Below are positions 27,729 to 37,572 of a DNA stretch of 64,000 nucleotides, piece by piece; the first letter of the stretch is position 1; every line of letters begins with the position of its first letter. This stretch comes from an uncultured SAR86 cluster bacterium (GTDB taxonomy: Bacteria; Pseudomonadota; Gammaproteobacteria; Magnimaribacterales; AG-339-G14), in contig CABZYK010000003.1 of assembly GCA_902529935.1 (NCBI GenBank), positions 64,787 through 128,786 on the forward strand, in the 5' to 3' direction. The translations under genes and the position numbers were made by a program. Under the pieces are notes generated by a model. It was given only the letters and a program-made list of their open reading frames with translations. It searched no databases and was not told where the DNA came from.

Positions 27729-28025
27729 TTAATTTCTTGGTGGTGCGCGAATAGAAAGTTGATTATAAGAAAGGGTGATTTCACTTGTCTGATAAGCATC
27801 AAGGAAATCAAAGGAAATGGCTGTTGGATTAACAACGGTATCGTCTTGCACGTACTCAATTTGTTCAGCTAAACAAGTTGAACAATCTTCAGTTAGTTCA
27901 ACTGCATGCTCATTGTGAACGTGCTCACCGTGATCCAATTCAAAATGCGATGTCTCGTGCGAGATAATTCCCGCTGAAAAGACGAGCGCAAAAAGAATTG
28001 CAAACAGCTTAAATTTCATGGGCAT
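27729..28025 (-). CDS. Small exported His-rich protein (98 aa)
   Basis: Signal peptide, then HETSHFELDHGEHVHNEH. It lies directly upstream of the receptor on the same strand. Confidence 0.6.
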   Translation of the reverse strand: MPMKFKLFAILFALVFSAGIISHETSHFELDHGEHVHNEHAVELTEDCSTCLAEQIEYVQDDTVVNPTAISFDFLDAYQTSEITLSYNQLSIRAPPRN

Positions 28026-28059
28026 TATTAAACCTCTAAAAAATAAAAAAAGAAAGAGG

Positions 28060-28479
28060 TTAAAAAATTAAATACAGACCTAAATCAATTATTAAATAAA
28101 AGCTAGCCAAAAAGCCAATGCCGAAAAAGATACTGCGCACGCTCGGATTTTTATCGGTAGCGATCATGTAGTACAAAATCATATGAAAGACTCTAGCAAT
28201 CGCATACGTCCAAACCACAATAGAGAGCTTGGTCGCACTGTAACCGGAGACCAACGCAAGGATTGCCATGCCGAAAAGCGGCACAATGTTTTCCATTGAA
28301 TTCCAAAACGTTCGATACGCTCTGAAGAACAAAGACTCTTGTCCTAGCGAGGGATCGATGACCCCAACCTTATACCCAGGCTGCCTGCGATGAACTCTTA
28401 TTAATACTGTTGCTTGAACTACGATCGTAACCAAGATGAACCATAAACCGATTAGTGAAGATTGATATATACCTAACAT
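28060..28479 (-). CDS. MAPEG-family membrane protein
   Basis: ~140 aa with four TM helices. FRAYRTFWNSMENIVPLF contains the N..E segment typical of MAPEG. Confidence 0.55.
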   Translation of the reverse strand: MLGIYQSSLIGLWFILVTIVVQATVLIRVHRRQPGYKVGVIDPSLGQESLFFRAYRTFWNSMENIVPLFGMAILALVSGYSATKLSIVVWTYAIARVFHMILYYMIATDKNPSVRSIFFGIGFLASFYLIIDLGLYLIF

Positions 28480-28838
28480 TGGGAAATTGAGAAATTGATT
28501 GGTTCATTGAATTCAATGTGATCTGTATCAAAGGTAACGTTAAAAAGCGCTTCCGTTTTTCTGGTTATAGAAGATTTTGAAATATTCAATGAGATAGGAT
28601 TTCCTTTTCTAAAAGAGTTCCAGCATTCATAAAGAGATTTTGATTCCTTATCTGTGAATTTCAAGTAAGCGTTATTGATAATAATTTTGTCAGCTAAAGC
28701 CCTCGCTAATCTATCGGGAAAAGCTGAATTCGTATCTGTATAAAAATTAAAACTAAACTCTTTTCCGTTTAGGTTAGGAAAGAAAAAGGCGCAAAGTATA
28801 AAAGTTTTAAAAATCGTCTTCATCAACACTGGCTTCAC
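28473..28838 (-). CDS. Small secreted hypothetical protein
   Basis: Hydrophobic N-terminus. Its ends overlap both neighbours (operon member). The start may be the internal Met at ~28823. Confidence 0.5.
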   Translation of the reverse strand: MKPVLMKTIFKTFILCAFFFPNLNGKEFSFNFYTDTNSAFPDRLARALADKIIINNAYLKFTDKESKSLYECWNSFRKGNPISLNISKSSITRKTEALFNVTFDTDHIEFNEPINFSISQC

Positions 28839-30156
28839 TCCCTCCGGTCATTTCATTTTCTTCGTACCATGAACCAGACGATGAAGATGACGACTTAGAA
28901 CCAAAACCGGTACTTTCATTTACGTTTTTTACTCTGCCTGCAAAATCTGAAGAAGAAGGTTTCCAAACCATGACCACACCTGCAACAGGCGTTTCGGCAG
29001 TGGGATGATTTTTAATACTCCATCGTTGAACTGTTTGAAGACCTGATAACTGAAGTTTCGAAGATCCAGAAACTCTTTCTTGAAATTCTCTATCACCGTA
29101 ATAATCTTTTATATCGCTTTGATCAAAACCGGTGGCAACTTCAGCGGTATCCATTTTTCTGTATAGATCGACGTTTTCGCCACTCAGTTGAACAATTTGA
29201 GCTTGTGCTTTTTCTGTAGCCACTCCGTAAGCGGCTCTTAAAGCTTGCGGTTCTGCTCTCGAAGCAGCTGCTTGACCATAACTAATGATAGCTAATTCTC
29301 CGTTTTCAAGCCTCTCCATGTGAGCACCAAAGGAAAGTAATAGTTTTTTTAAACCTCCGTCAGCAGATTTATTGGGCACTAATCTCGTAAGAGGCTTACC
29401 AGGTTTAAGGTCTCTTAACAGTTCAAGATTACCCGAGGCAAGAGCATCAGCTTGTTTTGACGTATTCTCCGACCATGCTAAGACTGTGCACACTCCTGAT
29501 TTTCCTAGGATAGTGTTAATGGTTTTCATGCCTCGAATTTGTGCTTGAGCTAAAGTTTCTGTTCCCTGCTCAAAAGAAGCTTGATCTGTTATCTCATCTA
29601 ACTCTTTTTGGAGCGCTTCTTTGGACATTTCTTCTTGAGCTAATTTATCTTTTGTTTCATCGCTCATCATTGAATCAAGTTTTTGATGAATCAGTAACTT
29701 TGTTTTTTCAAAAATGGAAATATCTCCAGTATCATCTGCTATTTTTTGTTCTGCTAGTAAATCTTTAGGCTTAACACCAGAGGACAGACCTTCTATTATT
29801 TGACTTTTCACGTCGTTGGACATTTTTTTTCCAACAAATTCTGCTAAATCTCTCCTCGCTAGAAGAGCAGCCTCAGTATAAGAATTCTGAATACTATCAA
29901 CATACAAAGGAGTTCCTCTCGGTGCCTTTATGCCTGATGAACCAACCGCCATAAAAACATCCGTATTACCGATTACATTATCGCCTTGAAACCAACCTTT
30001 GCTCAGCAACCATGCGTCACATTCACCGGCTGGCTCATCAACAGGCACTAACTCTAACTCCATGCTCATATCCTCAATCGCGGATAGCGAGAGAGATAAA
30101 ACAGTTATGATTAAGACTAGGATTTTATTAGTATAAATCTTCATATTGCTCCTCAA
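28807..30156 (-). CDS. Secreted protein with a Ser-rich acidic C-terminus (unknown family)
   Basis: Signal peptide (KILVLIITVLSLSLSA). Alternative start at 30144. C-terminal GSKSSSSSSGSW...DEDDF. No enzymatic motif recognised. Confidence 0.65.
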   Translation of the reverse strand: MRSNMKIYTNKILVLIITVLSLSLSAIEDMSMELELVPVDEPAGECDAWLLSKGWFQGDNVIGNTDVFMAVGSSGIKAPRGTPLYVDSIQNSYTEAALLARRDLAEFVGKKMSNDVKSQIIEGLSSGVKPKDLLAEQKIADDTGDISIFEKTKLLIHQKLDSMMSDETKDKLAQEEMSKEALQKELDEITDQASFEQGTETLAQAQIRGMKTINTILGKSGVCTVLAWSENTSKQADALASGNLELLRDLKPGKPLTRLVPNKSADGGLKKLLLSFGAHMERLENGELAIISYGQAAASRAEPQALRAAYGVATEKAQAQIVQLSGENVDLYRKMDTAEVATGFDQSDIKDYYGDREFQERVSGSSKLQLSGLQTVQRWSIKNHPTAETPVAGVVMVWKPSSSDFAGRVKNVNESTGFGSKSSSSSSGSWYEENEMTGGSEASVDEDDF

Positions 30157-31393
30157 TTTCCTTTCGTAATTCTTTTTTCTTTTTAGATAAACTTTGTTTC
30201 GTAGAATTTGGGTTTAACCTTAGTATATATTTTCTAGGTTTAAAATCTAAACCAAGATCTAAATTTTTGTTTTGCAAATCAGCGATGGCTCTAGATTGTT
30301 TGGGTGAAACCTGAGTGATCTCAACAACTCCAATCTTTGTTTCTCTCGCACCAAGAGATTCTTTTGTGTAAGCATCTTTCAGCTTTTCTCCAAGCAAGAA
30401 TAAGTCAAACTTCTGTCCTACTGAAACAGTATCTCCTCCGACGTTAAGGTCTAAAACATTTTTATCTGTGACTCCCGTAACTTGAATAGGGTAAATGGCG
30501 TTTAAAACTGTGAACCCAATGGTTTCTCCTACCTTTTTCGTAACCTCAAAAATATCGCTGTTCTTGCTTAAACCGAGATCAGATGGATTAGCCCGAAGAA
30601 CTGAAGAAAATTTAATTTGACCTGTTGCAGTGTCAATTATTCTTATGTTTGAGGCTATGTTTCCAGATAAGTATTCAACAATTCTATCGGAGGTATTTAG
30701 TTTCCTCTTTGCAATCTGCATTCTAATTGCATTTAAATTACCAACTAAAATTAAGTCTGCAAAAAGTTCTTGACCCAGTTTTGCTAGTTCACGAATGGGC
30801 ATATTTTCAGCATTTTTTAAACTATCCCTCTCTGCGTCTACAAATCCCTTAAAGGATCTATCGAGAACAGTGAATTTTCTAGTTTGCACAAGGTAATTGG
30901 ATATCGAGCTAGAAATTTCTTGTGCGGCTACTGCCGGATTAATCGTTCCTTCCGGCGTCAAACAGCATCCGTCTCTGCTAACTAAATCTATGACAGCTAT
31001 TCTTTTTCGATTAGCAGACTTCGATGGTTTGTACCTTATGATTGCCGCTTTAACTTTTACTACCCATGAGCCAATGCTTTCATCTTTAGTTGTAGATAGA
31101 ATTTGATAGGTTTCAACAACTCCTTTCGTTTTAGACTTGATAGATTCCTGAAAATCTCTTGAAGACAAATAATCAGTATTATTATTTTTTGTTGTTGTTG
31201 TTTCCTTAGTATTCAATAGTGTATCTGACTCAATGGACTTACCGTTGACCATGCCAATGGCTTGAGTAAGAGCGGAATTGAGAGCGGATTCTGGATTTTC
31301 ACCATAGCCTTCCGCTTCAACTGATACCGCCTCTAGTTGAGCGCCAACTTGTGCGCTCAAAAAGAGAACTAAAATACCTACAGGAAGTTTCAA
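30128..31393 (-). CDS. Secreted protein with a CsgG / LpoB-like central region (tentative)
   Basis: Signal peptide. The central KRIAVIDLVSRDG...QTRKFTVLDRS resembles the CsgG/HfaB-type lipoprotein core. The N-terminal AEGYGENPESALNSALTQAIGMVNG is LPP20-like. Confidence 0.5.
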   Translation of the reverse strand: MKLPVGILVLFLSAQVGAQLEAVSVEAEGYGENPESALNSALTQAIGMVNGKSIESDTLLNTKETTTTKNNNTDYLSSRDFQESIKSKTKGVVETYQILSTTKDESIGSWVVKVKAAIIRYKPSKSANRKRIAVIDLVSRDGCCLTPEGTINPAVAAQEISSSISNYLVQTRKFTVLDRSFKGFVDAERDSLKNAENMPIRELAKLGQELFADLILVGNLNAIRMQIAKRKLNTSDRIVEYLSGNIASNIRIIDTATGQIKFSSVLRANPSDLGLSKNSDIFEVTKKVGETIGFTVLNAIYPIQVTGVTDKNVLDLNVGGDTVSVGQKFDLFLLGEKLKDAYTKESLGARETKIGVVEITQVSPKQSRAIADLQNKNLDLGLDFKPRKYILRLNPNSTKQSLSKKKKELRKEIEEQYEDLY

Positions 31394-31399
31394 GAGAGA

Positions 31400-32077
31400 C
31401 TAACTGGATGGAATGCTTAACCCACCTTCTTTCAATTGCGCAGAGAAATTTTTAGTTGGAATGTCGTTTGCTTTTGCAAAACCCCAAACCATTTTGGTGG
31501 ATTCATCCATGGCTTTAAAGAAAGCAGGAACTTGTTTACCTGACTTAATGCCAATTTCAAACTGCTTCTTAATTTTCATTATTTGCATTGGATTTTTTAT
31601 ATTGGTTATTTCCTTCGTTGCAGCCTGGACAAATTCAATCGAAGTAGCAACCACAGCTAACATTAAAACTGTTCCCCTTGCATAAGGACCCAACGCTTGT
31701 TCAAATCTTTTTTTCCCTGCTTCATCGAGAGTTTTTCCATCAGCTGAGAACTTTGCAAGTCTTTCTCTTGTATCAGTGATCAACTCGAATTTTCTTTGCA
31801 AATTTTTGTCGGTTTCAGAAGGTTCTTGCGAAGCAAGATTTTTCAATTCTTTTGCATTGTCTGTACTTCCAATTGCTTCATTGATCATCACGCTTGATTC
31901 AAGTAAAAACTTAGTGGATTTACTCATTCCCAAGATGAGAGCAGCTTGCATTGCAAGAGTATCTCCTCCTGAGCTATCGTCTCCACCGCCAAAAGCATTT
32001 TTCAAACCTCCAATACCCTGAACGTGCCCGAAAGCAGAAAAGAATAAAAGAGTTATAAGTGTTATTGTTAATCTCAT
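31400..32077 (-). CDS. Secreted helical hypothetical protein (225 aa)
   Basis: Signal peptide MRLTITLITLLFFSAFG. No recognised domain. Confidence 0.6.
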   Translation of the reverse strand: MRLTITLITLLFFSAFGHVQGIGGLKNAFGGGDDSSGGDTLAMQAALILGMSKSTKFLLESSVMINEAIGSTDNAKELKNLASQEPSETDKNLQRKFELITDTRERLAKFSADGKTLDEAGKKRFEQALGPYARGTVLMLAVVATSIEFVQAATKEITNIKNPMQIMKIKKQFEIGIKSGKQVPAFFKAMDESTKMVWGFAKANDIPTKNFSAQLKEGGLSIPSS

Positions 32078-32106
32078 TTGACCCTCCTATAAATTAACTT
32101 AACTAA

Positions 32107-33225
32107 TTACAAATTATAAAATAAACCTGGAACTGCTTCACTAACAGCTTTTTTTAATGCTTCTGCTTCAGCCTGTTGCTCAGTTTCAGCAGTAGCTATG
32201 AAAGATTCATTTGAACTAGACAACAGAAAGTTTCCATCCATTGTACATTCATAAAGTTCAAAATTAACGATGGCCGTTACTCTCGGTAAGCCGGATTGTT
32301 GGTCTATTCTCGGATTACTCAAATCAACTGAACCGATGATTAAGTATTGATAAATACCGACATCCATTGAAAAAAGTTCAAGCTCAGCTAACGTATCGAA
32401 AGAATAGTTACCATCAGGTCCAAGGAATTCTGCTTCAAGCCTATCGACAAAGGATGCATCGTATCCCATTCTGCCTGCCCTAGCTTTAAGTTGTGCAGGA
32501 AATGCTGCTCGCATTTTCATTCTTCTCAGAGCTCTGCTTGATATACTTTGTGCAGTAGTTCGATCCCCTAAACGATAAACTCTTTTTTCAGATCCTCTAA
32601 CGGTCGAACCGCCGGTCGTCGTTGCAGAAATAGATCTTGAATTTTCGGTTATCGAAGCAGATGAATCTGATACTTCTGAGACTTCATCGGCCACAAAGCT
32701 ATTTTTTTTATCTACAACTGTGGTTTTTCTATCGTCAAATGAAGTCGCTTTATCGACTTTTCTGGGATAGATCATGATTATGGTCGTTTGTCCTGCTAAA
32801 GAACCGCCGGCTGAAACTTGCCCTGATGCTCTAGACATGGCTCCCCTAAAAGCGCCATCGTCAATTGACACTCTTACGATTAATTCGTAACTTCTACTTT
32901 GTTTTGAGCATTCTTGACTTAAAATTCTTAGGTCTAAAAAATATTCGTCTAAATTATTGATAAAAGTAGACTTATTATCTTCATAAGTATCTCTTGCATC
33001 ATCTTCTAAGGTGCTTATAAATTTTTTCCAAGCTTGAAGCTTAGCTTTCTCAAAAGTTTCCTCGTGGACTCCTTTTTCTCGAGGCCTATTCTGATTATTG
33101 CAACCCGATTTTAAGTTACTGAAGCCAACCCCTTTCTGAGTGACTGCTGCTTGAAGGTAAGTTGAGACAAAACTCATTACAAACAGTAGCAACAAGCCTA
33201 ATATTTTATATTTCATGTTATTCAT
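32107..33225 (-). CDS. Secreted hypothetical protein (372 aa)
   Basis: Signal peptide. An 8-nt overlap with the upstream gene. No recognised domain. Confidence 0.6.
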   Translation of the reverse strand: MNNMKYKILGLLLLFVMSFVSTYLQAAVTQKGVGFSNLKSGCNNQNRPREKGVHEETFEKAKLQAWKKFISTLEDDARDTYEDNKSTFINNLDEYFLDLRILSQECSKQSRSYELIVRVSIDDGAFRGAMSRASGQVSAGGSLAGQTTIIMIYPRKVDKATSFDDRKTTVVDKKNSFVADEVSEVSDSSASITENSRSISATTTGGSTVRGSEKRVYRLGDRTTAQSISSRALRRMKMRAAFPAQLKARAGRMGYDASFVDRLEAEFLGPDGNYSFDTLAELELFSMDVGIYQYLIIGSVDLSNPRIDQQSGLPRVTAIVNFELYECTMDGNFLLSSSNESFIATAETEQQAEAEALKKAVSEAVPGLFYNL

Positions 33226-34501
33226 TTACTTTCTCCAATATAACTTTAGCAACTTTTTTAAAATCTCTCACTTTTAACTCAGTAGCCTCTGTTACCCATT
33301 TCTTGTCTGGTTTCATTAAATTTTTACTGTAATTACTGAAGGTAAGCTGAATAGCATCATCAAAAAAGTTCCAATCACTGACAACATCATTCTTATTGAT
33401 TTCTTTGACGTTTCCTTGAGTGAGCGATACATCAGCTAGTACCTTGATGTCATCAACCTGATCTCCTAAAACAACACCAAAGTAGACTCTCGAAAAACCT
33501 CCCCATGCGAATGCTTCACGCTTGCCTGTCTCACCAAGCAACACTTTATTAAACCCCCTAACTGTAAAATCAAACCCATAACTAAGTTCTGGCTTCTGAA
33601 GATTTAAGATGGTTTGAGAGTCACTGAAAGTAGTTGCTACGTTAAGGGTGAGTCCTTGACCTTCGTAAAAGGGGATGATCGGAATATTAAGTTGAGTCGA
33701 AAGCCAACGAGAAAATTCCGAGCCGACCCATTCCTTGTATTTTTTTGAGTCAAACCTTTTATTTTTGCTAAACCGAGTGTGTTCTGCGAAATCTCCGTCC
33801 CCGATCATTTGATTGATGGAGTAATCGGTAACTTTTACGTGTCTTACCCCAATAAAATCAGAACCCGAAGCAAAGGTATTCTTTAGGGTTTGCAGATTAT
33901 TGATTTGTTCCCCTAAAACTCCGGTTTCAGTAATGTCAGCATTGACAAAGTTCTTAAGAAAAAATTCATTATTCAATTCGCTAGCTGCAACTTCTTTGAG
34001 TTCCACGCCCCAAAGCATTTCTGCAAACCTTTTCAGGTGAACGTTCCTACTTATGGAACTATTCGAACATTTACCGTTAATTGTTTCGTCAGCATAAGGC
34101 CTGACCTTTGTTAGAGGAACAACTTTTAGAATGGTTTTATCAATTGCAGAATAAAGGATAACCTGTGTGGATAAGTAGTAATATCTAGAACATATTCCTC
34201 TTCCTCTCTTTGTAGAGGAAACGGTTTCATCTGTTATCGCTAGTATTACGTTATTGTAGCCTTCCGATGCAGTTACGTTGCCCGAGCTTCCAATAATGAA
34301 ATTTTCATCATTTGATAACGCATCTCTAAGCTTCTTAGTGACTCCAAACCTTTGATTTATTAGGTCTGAGTACGGATAGACTTCTTGGGTCTTATTGGCA
34401 TCAACTAAAAAACCAAGCCCGCTCCAAATCATCGGATCGGAATTCGAATAAGTCCATCCTGAGGATAGAAATAAAATAAATCCTATAAAAATCCTTCTCA
34501 C
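33218..34501 (-). CDS. Secreted hypothetical protein (427 aa), first gene of the exported-protein operon
   Basis: Signal peptide MRRIFIGFILFLSSGW. A 218-bp upstream intergenic region (promoter side). Confidence 0.6.
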   Translation of the reverse strand: MRRIFIGFILFLSSGWTYSNSDPMIWSGLGFLVDANKTQEVYPYSDLINQRFGVTKKLRDALSNDENFIIGSSGNVTASEGYNNVILAITDETVSSTKRGRGICSRYYYLSTQVILYSAIDKTILKVVPLTKVRPYADETINGKCSNSSISRNVHLKRFAEMLWGVELKEVAASELNNEFFLKNFVNADITETGVLGEQINNLQTLKNTFASGSDFIGVRHVKVTDYSINQMIGDGDFAEHTRFSKNKRFDSKKYKEWVGSEFSRWLSTQLNIPIIPFYEGQGLTLNVATTFSDSQTILNLQKPELSYGFDFTVRGFNKVLLGETGKREAFAWGGFSRVYFGVVLGDQVDDIKVLADVSLTQGNVKEINKNDVVSDWNFFDDAIQLTFSNYSKNLMKPDKKWVTEATELKVRDFKKVAKVILEKVNE

Positions 34502-34719
34502 AGCAATATCTTTAAATAAGCTGTCCCAAAAAGCAATATAAGTTATTTTATGACAAGAAATCCCTTGTTAATTTTTGCCTTAAAAAACGTTCAATAGTCA
34601 GACATTGGCATACCTAGAGCAGGACTAAATCACCTTAAAGTACTCTCAGTGTTTAAGCCCAAAAAATTGTTACGCTGCGTCACTGGCTAAAAAAAAGATA
34701 TTCGGTAACATTTAAGTTT

Positions 34720-35223
34720 ATGGATACTACAATTTCAATAATCTTTTTCGTAGTTGGGATTTTCGCCTTCAGTTTCTTTTTAGATGTTATTACTAAGGGT
34801 AAGTATCTTCCAACTCAAAAGGAAAACGAAATTTTACTTCTCTGCGTATTCATACCCTTGATGAGTATTCTGATATGGATTCAGTTTGATAATTTCTATC
34901 TTATGAGTTGGAGCTACTTAATAGGATTTACTATTGTTTCTTCGATAGCTCTTGATGTGGTTTCCCACTTCATAACTATTTTTCTAGCAAAATACCTTAT
35001 TAAATCTAAAGAAGAAGAGATGGATGTTAAGGAAATAATGGATGGCATTCTGCAAGAGGGCAGAACCATTAAAGACCAAGGAACAGGAATCTATTTCAAG
35101 GTAGTGGGGAATAAATTACATACCAGCTATCCTATTCATACTGAAGCCGGCGGTGATCCAGATGTGTATTGGGCGTGGGAAAAGGCACAAGAAGGTTCAG
35201 ATACTTACCCTCCAGAAGATTAA
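34720..35223 (+). CDS. Membrane protein (3-4 TM) with a soluble C-terminal domain, unknown function
   Basis: Hydrophobic N-terminal two-thirds, clean ORF. Confidence 0.55.
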   Translation: MDTTISIIFFVVGIFAFSFFLDVITKGKYLPTQKENEILLLCVFIPLMSILIWIQFDNFYLMSWSYLIGFTIVSSIALDVVSHFITIFLAKYLIKSKEEEMDVKEIMDGILQEGRTIKDQGTGIYFKVVGNKLHTSYPIHTEAGGDPDVYWAWEKAQEGSDTYPPED

Positions 35224-35236
35224 TTATAATTAATCA

Positions 35237-35635
35237 ATGGATTTTAGTTTTTTTCTTTTTTTGTGCGTTGTCGCAGTCTGGCTTTATTACCCATCACAAT
35301 GGCTATTGGAATTATTTGGATATAAAAAATTTTTAGAAAGACAACGTATCTATTGGGAATTTATAAGATTAATAAACTGTTTAATCTTGCCAGCTTCTCT
35401 TATAAGTTTGTATCAATATATTTTTGGAGAATGGTCTATCTTTGGAGGATGGAATCTTGTGACAGAAGGCGATTTTACAAGGGGAGAAGTTAATGGGGTT
35501 TCCTTTGTTATAGCGTTAATAATAGTTCTAGTTATACCATTGATGAATTTTATTTTATCTTTGATGGTTTTGTTTCATTCTTACAAAAAAATAAAAAACC
35601 CTAAGAAAAATATATTCACTAGAGATAGCTATTAA
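35237..35635 (+). CDS. Membrane protein (132 aa), unknown function
   Basis: Three hydrophobic helices. It lies 13 nt after the preceding gene. Confidence 0.5.
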   Translation: MDFSFFLFLCVVAVWLYYPSQWLLELFGYKKFLERQRIYWEFIRLINCLILPASLISLYQYIFGEWSIFGGWNLVTEGDFTRGEVNGVSFVIALIIVLVIPLMNFILSLMVLFHSYKKIKNPKKNIFTRDSY

Positions 35636-35725
35636 CTTTTTTCAATTATGATTGTGGACAATTAATTAAACACCCACCTATGATTTTTTCTTTGTAACCT
35701 ATCTTCTACCAACATAAAAGAATTC

Positions 35726-37294
35726 TCAGAGTTTTCGGCATATAGATTTAATCTCTTCTAATTTTTCGTAGAAGCCATCAATTGAAAAAGACTCGTAGGG
35801 CATATCCATGAACGGGTACAAAGGATCGTCGATCGCTAATTTAAACGAAATCACTTCGCCGTAATCTTTGGCAAAATCAGGATTAATCCACGGCACAAAA
35901 AAACGAATGACATCAGGTCCTCCGGTACCTAGCTCTCTGCCAAATAAATTATAAAAAGTTAAGTTATGGGCTGTGAACGGATTTGCTAACTGAGTAAAGG
36001 GCGATGACGAGATAAATTTAGCCTCTCCTTGTGAGAGTTTATCAACTAAATTATTCAGCATGGTTTCGCCGTGAATCTCTCTTATGTCCATGAAATCTAA
36101 AGTTGATAAATGGAAAAAGGAAGCAACTTCTTCACAATCCTCTTTTGCGACAGCGAATTGTAAAATGTGTCCGGCTGCGCCAAATCCTTTAGTTTGCATG
36201 CCAACCGATTTTTTGGCTTTTTTTATCTCCCATTTAAGATCTTCTGGGGAAATAGGTAGTATATTTTCACCTTCAGAATAGTTAAATAAATAACCACCTT
36301 TAAGAAGATAATCGTCCAAATAATAAATCTTGTTACCAAAAACTTGACAGTCCTCAATATCACGCAGAAAAACCTGTAAAAAGTTTTCTTCCTGATTCGG
36401 AATGAAATGCAAACACTCTTCAGGAACTGCATAACGATTATCGTAATGTTGAACTAATTTTTCTTTGCTCAAGGCAAGCTCGCCATCAATAGATTCAAGA
36501 GAAGCTATGGTTTCAATATCAAACTGATCACAAAGGGTTAAACCTTGAGATCTAAGGGGATACATGATTTGTTGGATTTGTCTGGAATTTGGATATCTTT
36601 TGATCATTTCCCAAAACATACAGAAGTCATCCTGGTTTTCTGACATGTAATCTATCAGATAATTACGAGTGGGCTTGCTGACGGTAACACCGTACCAACT
36701 ATCTTCACCAAGTAGAGTGAGGTTAAGTTCATCAGGTGCTTGGCTGAGCCTCTCGACTAATTTATTTGAAACAATTTTTAGATGATAGGTATTGAGATCA
36801 GTCTTATAGGAAGAACAAGACTCCAATGGAATCATGTATTCAAAAATTTTGTTATTGCTTTTGTTAGGATCAAATTGACTCATTAAATCGTAATAGCGAT
36901 CAAACGATACGTACTCATCACTCAAAAATACAATCGGACAGTTTTTTTGCTCTAAGATATCGACTAGGTACTCATGCACAGGTTCTGCTAACTCTTTATC
37001 AGCTGAACTCAACCAAGATTCCAAAGCTAACGTATTCTTATACGGATCAATAAATAAGATATCACTGCGATCCTCATCAATATAAATTTCAACATCACTG
37101 CGCTGAAAAAAACGTTGGCGCATAATTTTTTCAGTTGTTTCTGAAAAGGGCCCTCTAAGGAACTCTCTAACCTCCGCTTCTTCTGCTTCTTCACTGGCAT
37201 TCATGATCGGCACGATATAAAAATGATGCAACACCATAAAGGAACTCATGATGATTAACGGAATGATTGCTAGATATTTCATGGGTTTCTCCAC
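35726..37294 (-). CDS. Hypothetical 522-aa protein with an N-terminal TM/signal anchor
   Basis: Long clean ORF with a 2-nt gap from the upstream 74-aa gene. No motif recognised. Confidence 0.65.
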   Translation of the reverse strand: MEKPMKYLAIIPLIIMSSFMVLHHFYIVPIMNASEEAEEAEVREFLRGPFSETTEKIMRQRFFQRSDVEIYIDEDRSDILFIDPYKNTLALESWLSSADKELAEPVHEYLVDILEQKNCPIVFLSDEYVSFDRYYDLMSQFDPNKSNNKIFEYMIPLESCSSYKTDLNTYHLKIVSNKLVERLSQAPDELNLTLLGEDSWYGVTVSKPTRNYLIDYMSENQDDFCMFWEMIKRYPNSRQIQQIMYPLRSQGLTLCDQFDIETIASLESIDGELALSKEKLVQHYDNRYAVPEECLHFIPNQEENFLQVFLRDIEDCQVFGNKIYYLDDYLLKGGYLFNYSEGENILPISPEDLKWEIKKAKKSVGMQTKGFGAAGHILQFAVAKEDCEEVASFFHLSTLDFMDIREIHGETMLNNLVDKLSQGEAKFISSSPFTQLANPFTAHNLTFYNLFGRELGTGGPDVIRFFVPWINPDFAKDYGEVISFKLAIDDPLYPFMDMPYESFSIDGFYEKLEEIKSICRKL

Positions 37295-37296
37295 AG

Positions 37297-37521
37297 TTAT
37301 TTTTTAATCGATACTCGATAGACAATTTCATCCACTACCGGCACGCCGTTAATCTTTTCCAACGTTGAACCGACTTTACTGCTCCTGTATTTTTTGACCA
37401 ATTCGCCATCTTGAAAACAGAACACCCAGGTCGATAGTGAATCCTCTTTAATGATCAGTTCAAAATAATTTCCTGACTCATAAAGCACTTTTGCATTTTC
37501 ATTGATCTTTATTTTTTTCAT
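37297..37521 (-). CDS. Hypothetical 74-aa protein
   Basis: ATG start embedded in an 8-bp inverted repeat (37519-37538). An operator-like site lies ~60 nt upstream. Confidence 0.5.
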   Translation of the reverse strand: MKKIKINENAKVLYESGNYFELIIKEDSLSTWVFCFQDGELVKKYRSSKVGSTLEKINGVPVVDEIVYRVSIKK

Positions 37522-37572
37522 GTAGTTTTGACTACATGTATACGATTAAGTTCTCGTGATCTTTCTTATGTG

